The notes under the pieces were generated by a model. That model made no database searches, was not told the origin of the DNA, and saw only the letters and a program-made list of their open reading frames with translations. Made by a program: the position numbers and the translations under genes. From the NCBI RefSeq assembly GCF_006345805.1, contig NC_043000.1:682001-746000 (forward strand): a DNA stretch of 64,000 nucleotides. Reading direction: 5' to 3'. Every line of letters begins with the position of its first letter. Position 1 is the first letter of the stretch. Positions 63,083 through 64,000 of this stretch are shown here, piece after piece. This DNA comes from Octopus sinensis (taxonomy: Eukaryota).

Positions 63083-63087
<5 letters not shown>
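62151..63087. repeat. Inverted pair of ~90-bp arms (62151-62240, 62998-63087)
   Basis: gtacatataagtata..tttcagtgc.aagg.tgtggccat.ctgagggtacgtac in both orientations. Confidence 0.8.
62275..62660 (-). pseudogene. Possible highly decayed Tc1-like transposase C-terminus
   Basis: VTWTPESQNLN resembles WPxxSPDLN; LFNGMKSTIGRCVRASG..FE resembles the terminal helix; different frames. Confidence 0.3.
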
Positions 63088-63124
<37 letters not shown>

Positions 63125-63128
<4 letters not shown>

Positions 63129-63370
63129 ATTTTTAATTTAGAATAAAGTCAGGTGTATGTGTGAGTTAAGGTATGCTTGCATGGATATGTGTACATGTGC
63201 ACAAGTATATGTGTGTGAGTGTGTATGTGCGTATATATGTATGATGTGTGCATAAATGTGTCTTCGTGTATGCATATATATATGTGTGTGCGCGTGTGTT
63301 GTGTGTTGTATGTATATGTATATATATATGTATATGTATATATATGTATGTATATGTATATGTATATATA

Positions 63371-63453
<83 letters not shown>

Positions 63454-63695
63454 ATAATATATATATATATACATATACATATACATATACATATATATAT
63501 ACATATACATACAACACACAACACACGCGCACACACATATATATACGCATACACGAAGACACATTTATGCACACATCATACATATATACGCACATACACA
63601 CTCACACACGTATACTTGTGCACATGTACACATATCCATGCAAGCATACCTTAACTCACACATACACCTGACTTTATTTTAAATTAAAAATCAAT
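63125..63695. repeat. Near-perfect inverted duplication centred on (TA)n
   Basis: attgatttttaattta.aataaagtcagg...cctgactttattttaaattaaaaatcaat; only a few substitutions. Confidence 0.92.
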
Positions 63696-64000
63696 GAGAT
63701 TTTCCACTTTCTTCTCGTCCATTCTCACACACCAAATAAAGAAATATTCACTGCAGACACCGATGAAGATAAACAAAACAATAAAAACATAAATAAAAAA
63801 AAAACAAAAACTATTGTCTGTCTGTCTGTCACTCTTAGAATCCTCCTGGCACTTATCTAATTTTAGTAATTGTCTTTTTGTCATTTTTGCTGTGTTCGTT
63901 TCTGTGGAGGTGGTGCAGGGGCAAGCGCTGGTGGTAGCGGTATTGTTGTTTGTTAGGGTTACAATAGGGACTGGATCTAAGCTACCACAATGCTAACGTT

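Overview
AT-rich eukaryotic, repeat-saturated DNA. The SINE families and the dense (TA)n, (CA)n, (TACA)n, (TATC)n and (AAT)n microsatellites point to an octopus (coleoid cephalopod) genome; this is recognition from memory, not a database result. There is no complete recognisable gene, rRNA, intact tRNA or CRISPR array, and almost all ORFs in the track are microsatellite translations. The window holds many tRNA-derived SINEs in several families, an (AAT)n-tailed retroposon, RTE and R4/Dong-like LINE 3' fragments, Penelope-like remnants (an open GIY-YIG domain and hammerhead-bearing termini), five or six decayed Tc1/mariner elements, non-autonomous Helitrons, a piggyBac-like end and several long palindromes. 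The most unusual item is a short composite element present twice (about 31.9-32.6 kb and 38.4-39.5 kb). It has two inverted arms, each carrying a minimal type I hammerhead ribozyme, around a tRNA-like Pol III cassette and an (AAT)n tract. One copy has a 12-bp target-site duplication, and the core is flipped between the two copies. A tentative chain of phase-1 micro-exons on the + strand suggests the window may be mostly intronic. Family labels A-E are my own working names, and repeat boundaries are approximate.
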